Part shown: piece by piece, positions 11,040 through 20,930 of the stretch
Position numbering within the stretch: position 1 is the first letter of the stretch
Layout of the letters: every line of letters starts with the position of its first letter
NCBI RefSeq assembly: GCF_029227855.1
Contig: NZ_CP074356.1
Strand: one strand, 5' to 3'
DNA length: 64,000 nucleotides
Source: Escherichia coli
GTDB taxonomy: Bacteria > Pseudomonadota > Gammaproteobacteria > Enterobacterales > Enterobacteriaceae
Program-made: the position numbers and the translations under genes
Notes under the pieces: model-generated
Databases searched by the model: none
What the model saw: only the letters and a program-made list of their open reading frames with translations
What the model was told of the DNA's origin: nothing

Positions 11040-12680
11040 TTACGCGTTTTTCAGAACTTCGCTAACAATCTCAACCGCTTCTTTCTCAATTTGCTTGCGA
11101 TGTTCTTCCCCAAGGAAGCTTTCACAATAGATCTTATAGGCGTCTTCCGTGCCTGACGGACGCGCGGCGAACCAGCCGTTGTCAGTCATCACTTTCAGAC
11201 CGCCGATAGAAGCACCATTGCCCGGTGCCGCAGTCAGGCGCGCGGTGATCGGGTCACCTGCCAGGGTGCTGGCGCTCACCATTTCCGGAGACAGCTTAGA
11301 CAACGCCGCTTTTTGTGCGGAAGTCGCAGCTGCCTGCAAACGGTTGTAGCTCGGCGCACCAAAGCGTTTTGCCAGTTCGTTGTAGTGTTCCTGCGGGTTC
11401 TTACCGGTGACAGCGGTGATTTCCGCCGCCAGCAGACACATGATGATGCCGTCTTTGTCGGTGGACCACGGCGTGCCGTCGAAACGCAGGAAGGAAGCCC
11501 CTGCGCTCTCTTCGCCGCCAAAGCCGAAGCTGCCGTCGAACAGACCATCAACAAACCATTTGAAACCTACCGGTACTTCTACCAGCTTACGGCCCAAATC
11601 ATTGACCACACGGTCGATCATCGCAGATGAAACCAGCGTTTTACCGACAGCAACATCTTTGCCCCACTGCGGACGGTGCTGGAACAGGTAGTTGATCGCC
11701 ACCGCCAGGTAGTGGTTCGGATTCATCAAACCTGCCGGAGTGACGATACCGTGACGGTCATAATCCGGGTCGTTAGCAAACGCCAGATCGAACTTATCAC
11801 GCAGTGCCAGCAGACCCGCCATCGCACACTCGGAGGAGCAGTCCATACGGATCGCACCGTCTTTATCTAGGTGCATAAAGCGGAAGGTTTGATCGACCTG
11901 ATCGTTAACGATGGTCAGGTTGAGATTGTAATACTCGCCAATACGCTTCCAGTATTCGATACCGGAACCGCCCAGCGGATCAACGCCAAGCGTCAGGCCC
12001 GCTTTCTGAATCGCCGCCATATCAACGATATCGGCCAGCCCTTCCACGAACGGCTGCACCAGATCCTGCTCTTTCACATGACCGGATGCCATCGCTTCGT
12101 CGAGGGAGATACGCTTCACACCTTTCAGGCCATCGGCCATCAGTGCGTTGGCCCTGTCTTCCACCACTTTGGTGACGTTGGTATCAGCCGGGCCACCATT
12201 TGGCGGGTTGTACTTGATACCACCATCTTCCGGCGGGTTATGGGACGGTGTAATCACGATACCGTCTGCCAGCGGGCCACCTTTTTTATTGTGAACCAGG
12301 ATGGCATTGGAAACGGCAGGCGTTGGAGTGAAGCCATTGTTTTCCTGCACAATAACATCAACGCCGTTCGCTGCCAGCACTTCCAGAACGGAAATGAACG
12401 CAGGCTCGGACAGGGCGTGAGTATCTTTACCCACATAGCAAGGGCCAGTGATGCCGTTTTTCGCACGTTCTTCAGCAATTGCCTGAGCGATCGCCAGAAT
12501 GTGCGGCTCGTTAAAGCTGTGGCGCGCTGCACTGCCACGGTGACCGGAAGTACCGAATTTCACCGCGTGCTCCGCATTCCCTGCTTCTGGTTTCAGTACA
12601 TAATATTGCGCCGTCAGTTGGGCGACGTTAATCAAATCACTCTGTTGTGCAGGTTGGCCTGCACGATTGTGGATTGCCAT
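11040..12680 (-). CDS. pgm: Phosphoglucomutase (546 aa)
   Basis: ORF 11040..12731; internal start [21 protein letters not shown]... gives the 546-aa K-12 length; phosphoserine motif [11 protein letters not shown]. Confidence 0.95.
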   Translation of the reverse strand: MAIHNRAGQPAQQSDLINVAQLTAQYYVLKPEAGNAEHAVKFGTSGHRGSAARHSFNEPHILAIAQAIAEERAKNGITGPCYVGKDTHALSEPAFISVLEVLAANGVDVIVQENNGFTPTPAVSNAILVHNKKGGPLADGIVITPSHNPPEDGGIKYNPPNGGPADTNVTKVVEDRANALMADGLKGVKRISLDEAMASGHVKEQDLVQPFVEGLADIVDMAAIQKAGLTLGVDPLGGSGIEYWKRIGEYYNLNLTIVNDQVDQTFRFMHLDKDGAIRMDCSSECAMAGLLALRDKFDLAFANDPDYDRHGIVTPAGLMNPNHYLAVAINYLFQHRPQWGKDVAVGKTLVSSAMIDRVVNDLGRKLVEVPVGFKWFVDGLFDGSFGFGGEESAGASFLRFDGTPWSTDKDGIIMCLLAAEITAVTGKNPQEHYNELAKRFGAPSYNRLQAAATSAQKAALSKLSPEMVSASTLAGDPITARLTAAPGNGASIGGLKVMTDNGWFAARPSGTEDAYKIYCESFLGEEHRKQIEKEAVEIVSEVLKNA

Positions 12681-12705
12681 TGCTTTGTCCTTTGTCTGCA
12701 ACGTT

Positions 12706-13251
12706 TTAGATAGTTCCGCAAACCTTCTCAATCAATTCCGCCGGGAATTGCATCGACTGCATGATGTGTTCGATCATGCTGCATTTACGGCCGGTGTTGG
12801 TGTTGGTGATCACCCAATACGGCGTGCCAGGCACATGTTTCGGCTTGGTCTGATTACCATTTTTCAGCAGCGTTTGTTCATCTGCCGCAAAGTAAACGCG
12901 TGTACGACCGTGCAACGATTCCGTTGCCTCGGCAAACGCCTGGGCGTCAAGAGAATATAGTGTAGACAACAGCAGCATAAAGCGATTGACCGCTCGCTTT
13001 TGCTCTGCGTATTCATCCGAAAGCAGAAGTTCACGCATTGCGCGAACCTTGTCTTTAATCGTTTTGACCGGCTTCGCTTCGACGATAGCAGGTGACGCAA
13101 CGCGAACCTCTTTCGTCACCGGAGCAGCAGGCTGTGATGCGGCGGAAAATTTCAACATACGCCGTAAAATGTCGGATGCGCTCTCGCCGATATGCTTAGT
13201 GTGGCTGGCAATATAGCTGTAGAGTTCATCATCAACTTCAATCGTTTTCAT
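12706..13251 (-). CDS. seqA: Replication-initiation negative regulator SeqA (181 aa)
   Basis: ORF 12706..13386; start at [35 protein letters not shown]... matches SeqA; directly upstream of pgm (seqA-pgm operon). Confidence 0.95.
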
Positions 13252-13435
13252 CTTAATCCAGTGCAGTGTCTTAGCTGAATACAAGTCGCCAGGAGTATAT
13301 GAATAAATCCCGGCAGCGGATAGCGTCAAGCCTGGCTTGCAGAAAAACTCGGAATAAACCTTATTTGTTGCAGCCCTGTGGCACAATGGTCAACATAATA
13401 CCCTAACCCGACAACGCGAAAAAAAGAACTTTGCC

Positions 13436-14200
13436 ATGAAATTGAATATCCGCGCGCAAACTGCACAAAACCAGCACAATAATTCTCCCATCGTTCTTGT
13501 CCATGGTCTGTTTGGCAGCCTCGACAACCTTGGCGTACTGGCTCGCGATCTGGTAAACGATCACAATATCATCCAGGTTGATATGCGTAACCACGGTCTT
13601 TCACCGAGAGATCCGGTGATGAATTACCCGTCGATGGCGCAGGATCTTGTTGATACTCTGGATGCACTGCAGATCGATAAAGCAACATTTATCGGTCACT
13701 CCATGGGCGGTAAAGCGGTAATGGCACTTACTGCACTGGCCCCCGATCGCATCGATAAACTGGTGGCGATCGATATCGCACCGGTCGACTATCACGTACG
13801 CCGTCATGATGAGATTTTCGCGGCCATCAACGCAGTCAGTGAATCGGACGCACAAACTCGCCAGCAAGCAGCAGCAATAATGCGCCAGCATCTTAATGAA
13901 GAAGGGGTGATTCAGTTTCTGCTGAAATCTTTTGTTGACGGGGAGTGGCGCTTTAACGTGCCGGTATTGTGGGAACAGTATCCGCATATTGTGGGTTGGG
14001 AGAAAATCCCGGCATGGGATCACCCTGCCCTTTTTATCCCAGGCGGCAATTCTCCGTATGTTAGCGAGCAGTATCGTGATGATTTACTGGCGCAATTTCC
14101 ACAGGCGCGGGCACATGTGATTGCAGGCGCGGGTCACTGGGTCCATGCTGAAAAACCGGATGCGGTATTACGCGCTATCCGTCGCTATCTCAATGATTAA
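13436..14200 (+). CDS. ybfF: Esterase YbfF, alpha/beta hydrolase (254 aa)
   Basis: ORF track 254 aa with GHSMGG nucleophile-elbow motif; matches YbfF. Confidence 0.9.
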   Translation: MKLNIRAQTAQNQHNNSPIVLVHGLFGSLDNLGVLARDLVNDHNIIQVDMRNHGLSPRDPVMNYPSMAQDLVDTLDALQIDKATFIGHSMGGKAVMALTALAPDRIDKLVAIDIAPVDYHVRRHDEIFAAINAVSESDAQTRQQAAAIMRQHLNEEGVIQFLLKSFVDGEWRFNVPVLWEQYPHIVGWEKIPAWDHPALFIPGGNSPYVSEQYRDDLLAQFPQARAHVIAGAGHWVHAEKPDAVLRAIRRYLND

Positions 14201-14339
14201 CGCAACTGATTAAAAACCCAGCGTCCGCGTCGCTTTCCGCGCGCGGGCGTTGGCGTGACTCATCGCGCTGATGTATTATGGCGCGCTATCCATCCGGGCA
14301 GAGGCCTGGCTGATTGTTTCCCCCGAAGTCACCAAGATC

Positions 14340-14633
14340 ATGGCCAAAGAACAAACGGACCGTACGACATTAGATCTGTTCGCGCACGAGCGTCGACCGG
14401 GACGACCGAAAACTAATCCGCTTTCGCGCGATGAACAGCTGCGTATTAATAAACGCAACCAGCTAAAACGCGACAAAGTACGTGGCCTTAAGCGTGTCGA
14501 ACTGAAGCTGAACGCGGAAGCTGTCGAGGCGCTGAACGAGCTGGCGGAGTCGCGCAATATGAGCCGTAGCGAACTGATCGAAGAGATGTTAATGCAGCAA
14601 CTGGCGGCGCTGCGTAGTCAGGGCATCGTTTAA
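14340..14633 (+). CDS. ybfE: Small protein YbfE (97 aa, CopG/RHH-like)
   Basis: ORF 14271..14633; start at [26 protein letters not shown]... gives 97 aa as recalled for ybfE. Confidence 0.8.
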   Translation: MAKEQTDRTTLDLFAHERRPGRPKTNPLSRDEQLRINKRNQLKRDKVRGLKRVELKLNAEAVEALNELAESRNMSRSELIEEMLMQQLAALRSQGIV

Positions 14634-14772
14634 ATTTCCACTTTCATGTAGCACAGTGTGCAGTCCTGCTCGTTTGCTGATTCCGCAAGACTGCCTGTTC
14701 TGCTATGATTGCCTTTATCCGTGGGCAATTTTCCACCCCCATTTCAATAAGTTTCAAGAGGTTATTTCACTC

Positions 14773-15303
14773 ATGGCTATCACTGGCATCTTTTTCGGCA
14801 GCGACACCGGTAATACCGAAAATATCGCAAAAATGATTCAAAAACAGCTTGGTAAAGACGTTGCCGATGTCCATGACATTGCAAAAAGCAGCAAAGAAGA
14901 TCTGGAAGCTTATGACATTCTGCTGCTGGGCATCCCAACCTGGTATTACGGCGAAGCGCAGTGTGACTGGGATGACTTCTTCCCGACTCTCGAAGAGATT
15001 GATTTCAATGGCAAACTGGTTGCGCTGTTTGGCTGTGGCGACCAGGAAGATTACGCCGAATATTTCTGCGACGCCTTAGGCACCATCCGCGACATCATTG
15101 AACCGCGCGGTGCAACCATCGTTGGTCACTGGCCAACCGCGGGCTACCACTTCGAAGCGTCAAAAGGTCTGGCTGATGATGACCACTTTGTCGGTCTGGC
15201 TATCGACGAAGACCGTCAGCCGGAACTGACCGCTGAACGTGTAGAAAAATGGGTTAAACAGATTTCTGAAGAGTTGCATCTCGACGAAATTCTCAATGCC
15301 TGA
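14773..15303 (+). CDS. fldA: Flavodoxin 1 (176 aa)
   Basis: ORF 14656..15303; start at [23 protein letters not shown]... matches FldA. Confidence 0.95.
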
Positions 15304-15508
15304 TGTGATGCGGCGTAGACTCATGTCTACGCCGTATTAATAGATAATGCCAATCAAAATAATTGCTACAAATTTGTAACTTTTGCTGTTGTACCTGTAC
15401 AATGTCCCAGTGTTCAAGTGGCCTTGCCGTTGTAAATGTAAGCAGTGCCACGTTTTTATTAACAATATTTGCCAGGGACTTGTGGTTTTCATTTAGGCGT
15501 GGCAATTC

Positions 15509-15527
15509 TATAATGATACGCATTATC
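15509..15527 (+). promoter_or_regulatory. Fur box in the fur promoter/leader
   Basis: tataatgatacgcattatc matches the 19-bp Fur consensus GATAATGATAATCATTATC at 16 of 19 positions. Confidence 0.7.
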
Positions 15528-15599
15528 TCAAGAGCAAATTCTGTCACTTCTCCTAATGAAGTGAACCGCTTAGTAACAGGACAGATTCCGCATGACTGA
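15513..15599 (+). CDS. uof: Uof, 28-codon leader peptide translationally coupled to fur
   Basis: ATG at 15513 to TGA at 15597-15599 (MIRIISRANSVTSPNEVNRLVTGQIPHD); overlaps the fur start by 8 nt. Confidence 0.75.
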   Translation: MIRIISRANSVTSPNEVNRLVTGQIPHD

Positions 15600-16038
15600 T
15601 AACAATACCGCCCTAAAGAAAGCTGGCCTGAAAGTAACACTTCCTCGCTTGAAAATCCTGGAAGTTCTTCAGGAGCCGGACAACCATCACGTCAGTGCGG
15701 AAGATTTATACAAACGTCTGATCGATATGGGTGAAGAAATTGGTCTGGCTACGGTATATCGCGTACTGAACCAGTTTGACGACGCTGGTATCGTCACCCG
15801 CCACAATTTTGAAGGCGGTAAATCCGTATTTGAACTGACACAGCAACATCACCACGATCACCTGATCTGCCTCGACTGCGGCAAGGTAATCGAATTTAGT
15901 GATGATTCCATCGAAGCGCGTCAGCGTGAAATTGCCGCAAAACATGGCATTCGCCTGACTAACCACAGTCTCTATCTTTACGGTCACTGTGCCGAAGGCG
16001 ATTGCCGCGAAGATGAGCACGCGCACGAAGGCAAATAA
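15592..16038 (+). CDS. fur: Ferric uptake regulator Fur (148 aa)
   Basis: ORF track 148 aa MTDNNTALKKAGLKVTLPRLKILEVLQEPDNHHVSAEDLY... identical in form to E. coli Fur. Confidence 0.97.
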   Translation: MTDNNTALKKAGLKVTLPRLKILEVLQEPDNHHVSAEDLYKRLIDMGEEIGLATVYRVLNQFDDAGIVTRHNFEGGKSVFELTQQHHHDHLICLDCGKVIEFSDDSIEARQREIAAKHGIRLTNHSLYLYGHCAEGDCREDEHAHEGK

Positions 16039-16056
16039 GCCAGCCGGAACGAGAAA

Positions 16057-16082
16057 AGCCAACCTGCGGGTTGGCTTTTTTA
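16057..16082 (+). terminator. fur intrinsic terminator
   Basis: Stem gccaacc / ggttggc with loop tgcg, followed by a T-run. Confidence 0.75.
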
Positions 16083-16094
16083 TACACGGGAAAT

Positions 16095-16812
16095 AATAAA
16101 TATCCTCCGGCATAGCCGGAGGTTTTTCAAATGCGCCTATAAGGCTCTCTTACCAGCCGCGCCCTAACAGGCGCACACGATCTGACATTTGCATCCAACT
16201 TCGTTACTTACGGCCCGTAAACGGGCTGCCCGGATAGGGAATCGATAACTGCTCTCCCATTTTATCCTCTTCAAGCTGGTGCTTTATGTAATCCTGTATC
16301 TTCGCCGTGTTCTTACCCACCGTATCGACGTAGTACCCTCTGCACCAGAACTCCCTGTTCCTGTATTTGAATTTCAAATCACCAAACTGCTCGTAAAGCA
16401 TCAGACTGCTTTTCCCTTTCAGATATCCCATAAAGCCGGATACGCTCATTTTGGGCGGGATCTCCACAAGCATATGGATATGATCTGCACAGCATTCAGC
16501 TTCCAGAATCCGTACACTTTTCCACTCACACAGCTTTCTCAAAATACTGCCTATTGCTCTACGCTTCTCTCTGTAGAACACCTGTCTTCGGTATTTTGGC
16601 GCAAAAACTATGTGATATTTACAGTTCCATCGGGTGTGCGCTAAGCTCTTTTCGTTCCCCATTGGGACCCCCTTTTGATTTCTTGTTTGACACTTGCAGT
16701 TGCCAGACCGCAAGGTGTTTTAACAAATCAAAAGGGGTTTTAATAACTGGCTTAAAGCTGAAAGCTTTCCGGAACCCCCAGCCTAGCTGGGGGTTTTCTG
16801 TGCACAAGAAAA
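16095..16812 (-). mobile_element. IS200: IS200 insertion sequence (about 0.71 kb; IS200/IS605 family), boundaries +/- 15 bp
   Basis: Contains the 152-aa HUH/Y1 transposase gene, a perfect subterminal palindrome cccccagc-cta-gctggggg (16775-16793) upstream of tnpA, and a second hairpin cctccggc-ata-gccggagg (16104-16122) near the other end. The fur-chiQ spacer is about 0.7 kb longer than I recall for K-12. Confidence 0.85.
16204..16662 (-). CDS. tnpA: IS200 transposase TnpA (152 aa)
   Basis: ORF 16204..16713; start at MGNEKSLAHTRWNCKYHIVFAPKYRR...; HUH motif HIHMLVEI and catalytic-Tyr region YYVDTVG. Confidence 0.92.
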   Translation of the reverse strand: MGNEKSLAHTRWNCKYHIVFAPKYRRQVFYREKRRAIGSILRKLCEWKSVRILEAECCADHIHMLVEIPPKMSVSGFMGYLKGKSSLMLYEQFGDLKFKYRNREFWCRGYYVDTVGKNTAKIQDYIKHQLEEDKMGEQLSIPYPGSPFTGRK

Positions 16813-16832
16813 GCGAGAGTTACAGCTCTCAC

Positions 16833-17159
16833 TTATTTGTTATTACTGCGAATTTCCTGCCAGACCTTATCACAGTCGGCTTTTACCGCCTGATCATTTC
16901 CGGTTTGCGTTGCGCGCAGACACTGCTGATAATCCAGTACGCGGACACTTTCCTGATCGGCAAACTGCTGATGTTGTTTCTCTTTCTTCAGCACGTTTAA
17001 CACGCTCTGGCAGGCTTCAATTTTTTCTGGCGAACCTTGTGCGGTGTTGATACAGGCGCTGTATGCCTCTTTCAGACGGCTGTCTTCCTGTGGCGCGGTT
17101 GATTGCGCACAAGCCACCAGCCCCGATGCCATCATGGCGATGAGAATCAGTTTTTTCAT
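16833..17159 (-). CDS. chiQ: Lipoprotein ChiQ (108 aa)
   Basis: ORF track 108 aa MKKLILIAMMASGLVACAQ...; downstream of chiP in the chiPQ operon. Confidence 0.9.
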   Translation of the reverse strand: MKKLILIAMMASGLVACAQSTAPQEDSRLKEAYSACINTAQGSPEKIEACQSVLNVLKKEKQHQQFADQESVRVLDYQQCLRATQTGNDQAVKADCDKVWQEIRSNNK

Positions 17160-17208
17160 AGCAAATTCCTCAAACGTGCGGCAGGCACAAAACCTGCCGC
17201 GTCGGGCA

Positions 17209-18615
17209 TCAGAAGATGGTGAATGGTGCGATTACCATAAATTTCACGTCACGCTCATCCTGGAAGATGTTGCCGTAACCACCGCCCCAGCTTGGGATGT
17301 CGGAGTGGTTGTCGTATTCGGTGAAGTGCAGTTTGAACATCGTGCCTTTGGCGCGGCCGTCCTGAATGGTGTAAACCGCATCCAGGCTATATGCAGACTC
17401 TTCAATAGTCCGGTTCTTGTCGTAGTACGCATCCGGATTGCTCTGCCAGGTAGCGGGTTTAGCATCCCATGCGTAAACGTAGGAAGCGCCGATGGCGAAG
17501 CCTGGAAGATTCCAGTTTTTCAGGTCATACATCGCACCGAAGAAGACCGCTTTTTCGCCGTTAGCGTTGAAGTCGGAACGGTTATCCCACCAGATATCCA
17601 GGCGGCCGTTGGAGGAAGCGTAGGTTGGAGTCATACGTTGCAGGAAGTATCCCTGCTGACCGTCGGCTTTAACCCAGGTGCCTTCCAGACGCAAATCCAC
17701 TACGTCAGCCGCCCGGTAACCAAAGGTCAACGCTTGCAGCCAGGCGGTGCCGTCATAAAGATCGTTGACGCTGCGATCGTCAACTTTATCGCGCGTACCA
17801 TAGAACTGGTAGCTGGTGGTTAACGGGCTACCGGCGATATCAAATTTGTAGCTGGCTTTGGCAAAATATTGATCGATATACCCTTCCGCCTGACCAAATG
17901 CCGCTTCCAGTACGAAGTTATTTTTGAAGTCGTATTTCGCACCGATGGAGTGAAGATAATCAACTTTGGTGGTTTTATCGTTCTGATAAAACTCATCCAT
18001 TTCCAGATGCCACGGTGCTTTGTATTCGTTGGTCCACATGTAGGAGAAACTCAACGCACCAGCATCGCCGTAATCAAAATTCGCCCCGGCTTCCGCCCCC
18101 TGATAAGTACCCGGCATAAAGCTCCAGTGCGGCGCTAACAGCGTTTGACCAGTTGGCTGAATGTAACCTGCCCTCGCCCACACCGGACCGTATTTAAATT
18201 TGGCCGCTGCTTTATACAGGCTTATACCGCTTTTGTCGCCGGACCAGTCTTCGTCATAGGCTTTATTACTTTTTGAAAACGCGATTTCGTTCGGGTGAGA
18301 GCTGTCGCCGTTTTCCGCCATTTCAATCGCCGTAAACGCAGCAATATCAAGGCCGAACATATCAGCAGCATAACCAGACTGAAAATCGAGGTTGGCGTTC
18401 CAGGTGGAGTGAGAAAGGTTGGTTTTGTATTTGTCGCCGTCGGTAACATCTTTACGGTCGCGTTCACGCTGCCAGTAATGGATACCGCCGGTTAAGGTTG
18501 AATCGTCGATGAATCCTTCGGCGCGAGCCTCCGGCATTGCCATAAAGCCCGACATTGCTGTAACACCGGCGATAGCCAGCGCCAGCGTACTACGTTTGCC
18601 ACTAAACGTACGCAT
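17209..18615 (-). CDS. chiP: Chitoporin ChiP, OprD-family outer membrane porin (468 aa)
   Basis: ORF track 468 aa [32 protein letters not shown]... ending in a C-terminal Phe. Confidence 0.93.
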   Translation of the reverse strand: MRTFSGKRSTLALAIAGVTAMSGFMAMPEARAEGFIDDSTLTGGIHYWQRERDRKDVTDGDKYKTNLSHSTWNANLDFQSGYAADMFGLDIAAFTAIEMAENGDSSHPNEIAFSKSNKAYDEDWSGDKSGISLYKAAAKFKYGPVWARAGYIQPTGQTLLAPHWSFMPGTYQGAEAGANFDYGDAGALSFSYMWTNEYKAPWHLEMDEFYQNDKTTKVDYLHSIGAKYDFKNNFVLEAAFGQAEGYIDQYFAKASYKFDIAGSPLTTSYQFYGTRDKVDDRSVNDLYDGTAWLQALTFGYRAADVVDLRLEGTWVKADGQQGYFLQRMTPTYASSNGRLDIWWDNRSDFNANGEKAVFFGAMYDLKNWNLPGFAIGASYVYAWDAKPATWQSNPDAYYDKNRTIEESAYSLDAVYTIQDGRAKGTMFKLHFTEYDNHSDIPSWGGGYGNIFQDERDVKFMVIAPFTIF

Positions 18616-18723
18616 GGGTTAATCCTCTTTGACGTATAAATTGCTGCACCAAAGGTGAACAGCGAAAAAAATAAAAATTAAAAAAGTAGCGTTGAGAAAA
18701 GTCTCGCTGACTACAGGAACAGA

Positions 18724-18746
18724 CTATTTTTCGCGACGCGAATTAT
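18724..18746. promoter_or_regulatory. Candidate NagC operator in the chiP promoter region
   Basis: Near-palindrome ctatttttcgcgacgcgaattat resembling the NagC operator; chiP is a known NagC target. Confidence 0.5.
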
Positions 18747-18969
18747 CAATCTCTTTCTGTAACCAGAATGTAAGAACATGAGCAACCGCACATATTTTGA
18801 TGATTTTTGTTACAAGGCTTAAGTTTGCAGTTGAAAGGCTTGCAGAAGAATAAAAGCGTGAATTTCCAGCAAGATGAAAACGGTTACATTTTATTTAATT
18901 ATGGTTTGTGATTTTAAATTTGTTTTATGGATAAATTGCGAAGCGGAATTAATTCGCGAAGAAAAGCAG

Positions 18970-18999
18970 AAAAAAACGCCGCAGAGCGCGGCGTTTTGG
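18970..18999. terminator. Bidirectional terminator downstream of glnS
   Basis: aaaaaaacgccgc-agagc-gcggcgtttt; stem acgccgc / gcggcgt flanked by A and T runs. Confidence 0.65.
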
Positions 19000-19007
19000 A
19001 TTGTTTG

Positions 19008-19055
19008 CATGTTTCATGCCGGATGCGGCGTAAACGCCTCACCCGGCCTGGTAGA
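19008..19055. repeat. REP element
   Basis: catgccggatgcggcgtaaacgcctcacccggcctggta. Confidence 0.6.
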
Positions 19056-19063
19056 ACTTAAAA

Positions 19064-20728
19064 TTACTCGCCTACTTTCGCCCAGGTATCACGCAGCCCA
19101 ACGGTGCGATTAAATACCGGTTTTTCCGCCGTAGAATGGCGGCTGTCGAGGCAGAAATAACCTTCACGCTCAAACTGGAATGCTTTACCCGCTACCGCGT
19201 CTTTCAGAGACGGTTCAGCAAAGCCCTGTTTGATCACCAGCGATTCCGGGTTAATCACCGACAGGAAATCATCCGCAGCACCTGGGTTCGGCACGCTGAA
19301 CAGACGATCGTACAGGCGGATTTCAACCGGCAGCGCATGTGCCGCGCTCACCCAGTGGATAACACCTTTCACTTTACGACCATCTGCCGGATCTTTGCTT
19401 AAGGTGTCGGCGTCATAAGTACAGAAGATGGTGGTGATATTGCCTTCGGCATCTTTCTCCACGCGTTCTGCCTTAATGACGTAAGCATTACGCAGACGCA
19501 CTTCTTTACCCAGCACCAGACGCTTGTACTGCTTGTTAGCTTCTTCGCGGAAATCGGCGCGATCGATCCAAATCTCACCGCTAAACGGCACCTGGCGGCT
19601 GCCCATTTCCGGTTTGTTCGGATGGTTCGGCATAGTGACCATTTCGCCTTCGCCCTGATAGTTTTCGATAACCAGTTTCACCGGATCGATAACCGCCATT
19701 GCGCGCGGCGCATTTTCGTTGAGATCTTCACGGATGCAGGATTCCAGCGACGCCATCTCAATGGTGTTGTCCTGCTTGGTCACGCCGATGCGTTTGCAGA
19801 ACTCACGAATAGAAGCCGCAGTGTAACCACGACGACGCAGACCGGAAATGGTCGGCATACGCGGGTCATCCCAGCCTTCAACGTGCTTGTCGGTCACCAG
19901 TAGGTTCAGCTTACGCTTGGACATCACAGTGTATTCCAGATTCAGGCGCGAGAATTCGTACTGGCGCGGGTGAACAGGAATGGTGATGTTGTCCAGCACC
20001 CAGTCGTACAGGCGACGGTTGTCCTGGAACTCAAGCGTACACAGAGAGTGCGTAATACCTTCCAGCGCATCGCTGATGCAATGGGTGAAGTCGTACATCG
20101 GGTAGATGCACCACTTGTTGCCAGTCTGGTGGTGTTCAGCAAATTTAATGCGGTACAGCACCGGATCGCGCATTACGATAAATGGCGACGCCATGTCGAT
20201 TTTCGCACGCAGGCAGGCTTTACCTTCTTCAAAACCACCGGTACGCATTTTTTCGAACAGCGCCAGGTTCTCTTCAACGCTGCGGTCGCGGTACGGGCTG
20301 TTTTTACCCGGCTGCGTCAGGGTGCCGCGGTATTCGCGGATCTGTTCCGGTGTCAGTTCATCAACGTACGCCAGGCCTTTATTGATCAGTTCGATCGCAT
20401 AGGCGTGGAGCTGATCAAAATAATCGGAGGAGTAACGGACGTTACCAGACCAGTGAAAACCTAACCACTCAACGTCGTTTTTGATCGACTCAACATACTC
20501 GATATCTTCTTTTACCGGGTTAGTGTCGTCGAAACGCAGGTTGCACTGGCCTTTATAGTCCTGGGCGATCCCGAAGTTCAGGCAGATAGATTTCGCATGG
20601 CCAATATGCAGATAGCCATTCGGCTCCGGCGGGAAACGGGTGTGTACTGTGGTGTGCTTACCACTGGCCAGATCTTCATCGATGATCTGACGAATAAAGT
20701 TAGTCGGGCGGGCTTCTGCCTCACTCAT
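19064..20728 (-). CDS. glnS: Glutaminyl-tRNA synthetase (554 aa)
   Basis: ORF track 554 aa [47 protein letters not shown]... with HIGH and VMSKR motifs. Confidence 0.97.
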   Translation of the reverse strand: MSEAEARPTNFIRQIIDEDLASGKHTTVHTRFPPEPNGYLHIGHAKSICLNFGIAQDYKGQCNLRFDDTNPVKEDIEYVESIKNDVEWLGFHWSGNVRYSSDYFDQLHAYAIELINKGLAYVDELTPEQIREYRGTLTQPGKNSPYRDRSVEENLALFEKMRTGGFEEGKACLRAKIDMASPFIVMRDPVLYRIKFAEHHQTGNKWCIYPMYDFTHCISDALEGITHSLCTLEFQDNRRLYDWVLDNITIPVHPRQYEFSRLNLEYTVMSKRKLNLLVTDKHVEGWDDPRMPTISGLRRRGYTAASIREFCKRIGVTKQDNTIEMASLESCIREDLNENAPRAMAVIDPVKLVIENYQGEGEMVTMPNHPNKPEMGSRQVPFSGEIWIDRADFREEANKQYKRLVLGKEVRLRNAYVIKAERVEKDAEGNITTIFCTYDADTLSKDPADGRKVKGVIHWVSAAHALPVEIRLYDRLFSVPNPGAADDFLSVINPESLVIKQGFAEPSLKDAVAGKAFQFEREGYFCLDSRHSTAEKPVFNRTVGLRDTWAKVGE

Positions 20729-20884
20729 CGTGGATTCCTCAAAGCGTAAACAACGTATAACGGCGTATGATCTTATAAGCGGGACAGGCTGACAACTGTT
20801 AGTTAGTGAAAATCGAAAATCTCACTGAGATTATGGGGATGATTGATGAAAAAAAAAGCGGCAGAGAAGATCTCCACCGCTTGT

Positions 20885-20925
20885 CATTGTTGGATGCGAC
20901 GCTCAAGCGTCGCATCAGGCATAAA
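20885..20925. repeat. REP element
   Basis: tggatgcgacgctcaagcgtcgcatcaggca. Confidence 0.6.
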
Positions 20926-20930
20926 GCAGA

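Noticed and set aside
14201-14339. Expected LexA box (CTGT-N8-ACAG) upstream of ybfE, which I recall as SOS-regulated.
   Set aside because: I could not find a convincing CTGT...ACAG palindrome in this spacer by eye, so no LexA site is annotated.
18874-19113. 79-aa forward ORF between chiP and glnS.
   Set aside because: It spans the bidirectional terminator and REP element downstream of glnS and overlaps the glnS 3' end. It is most likely a non-coding intergenic artefact.
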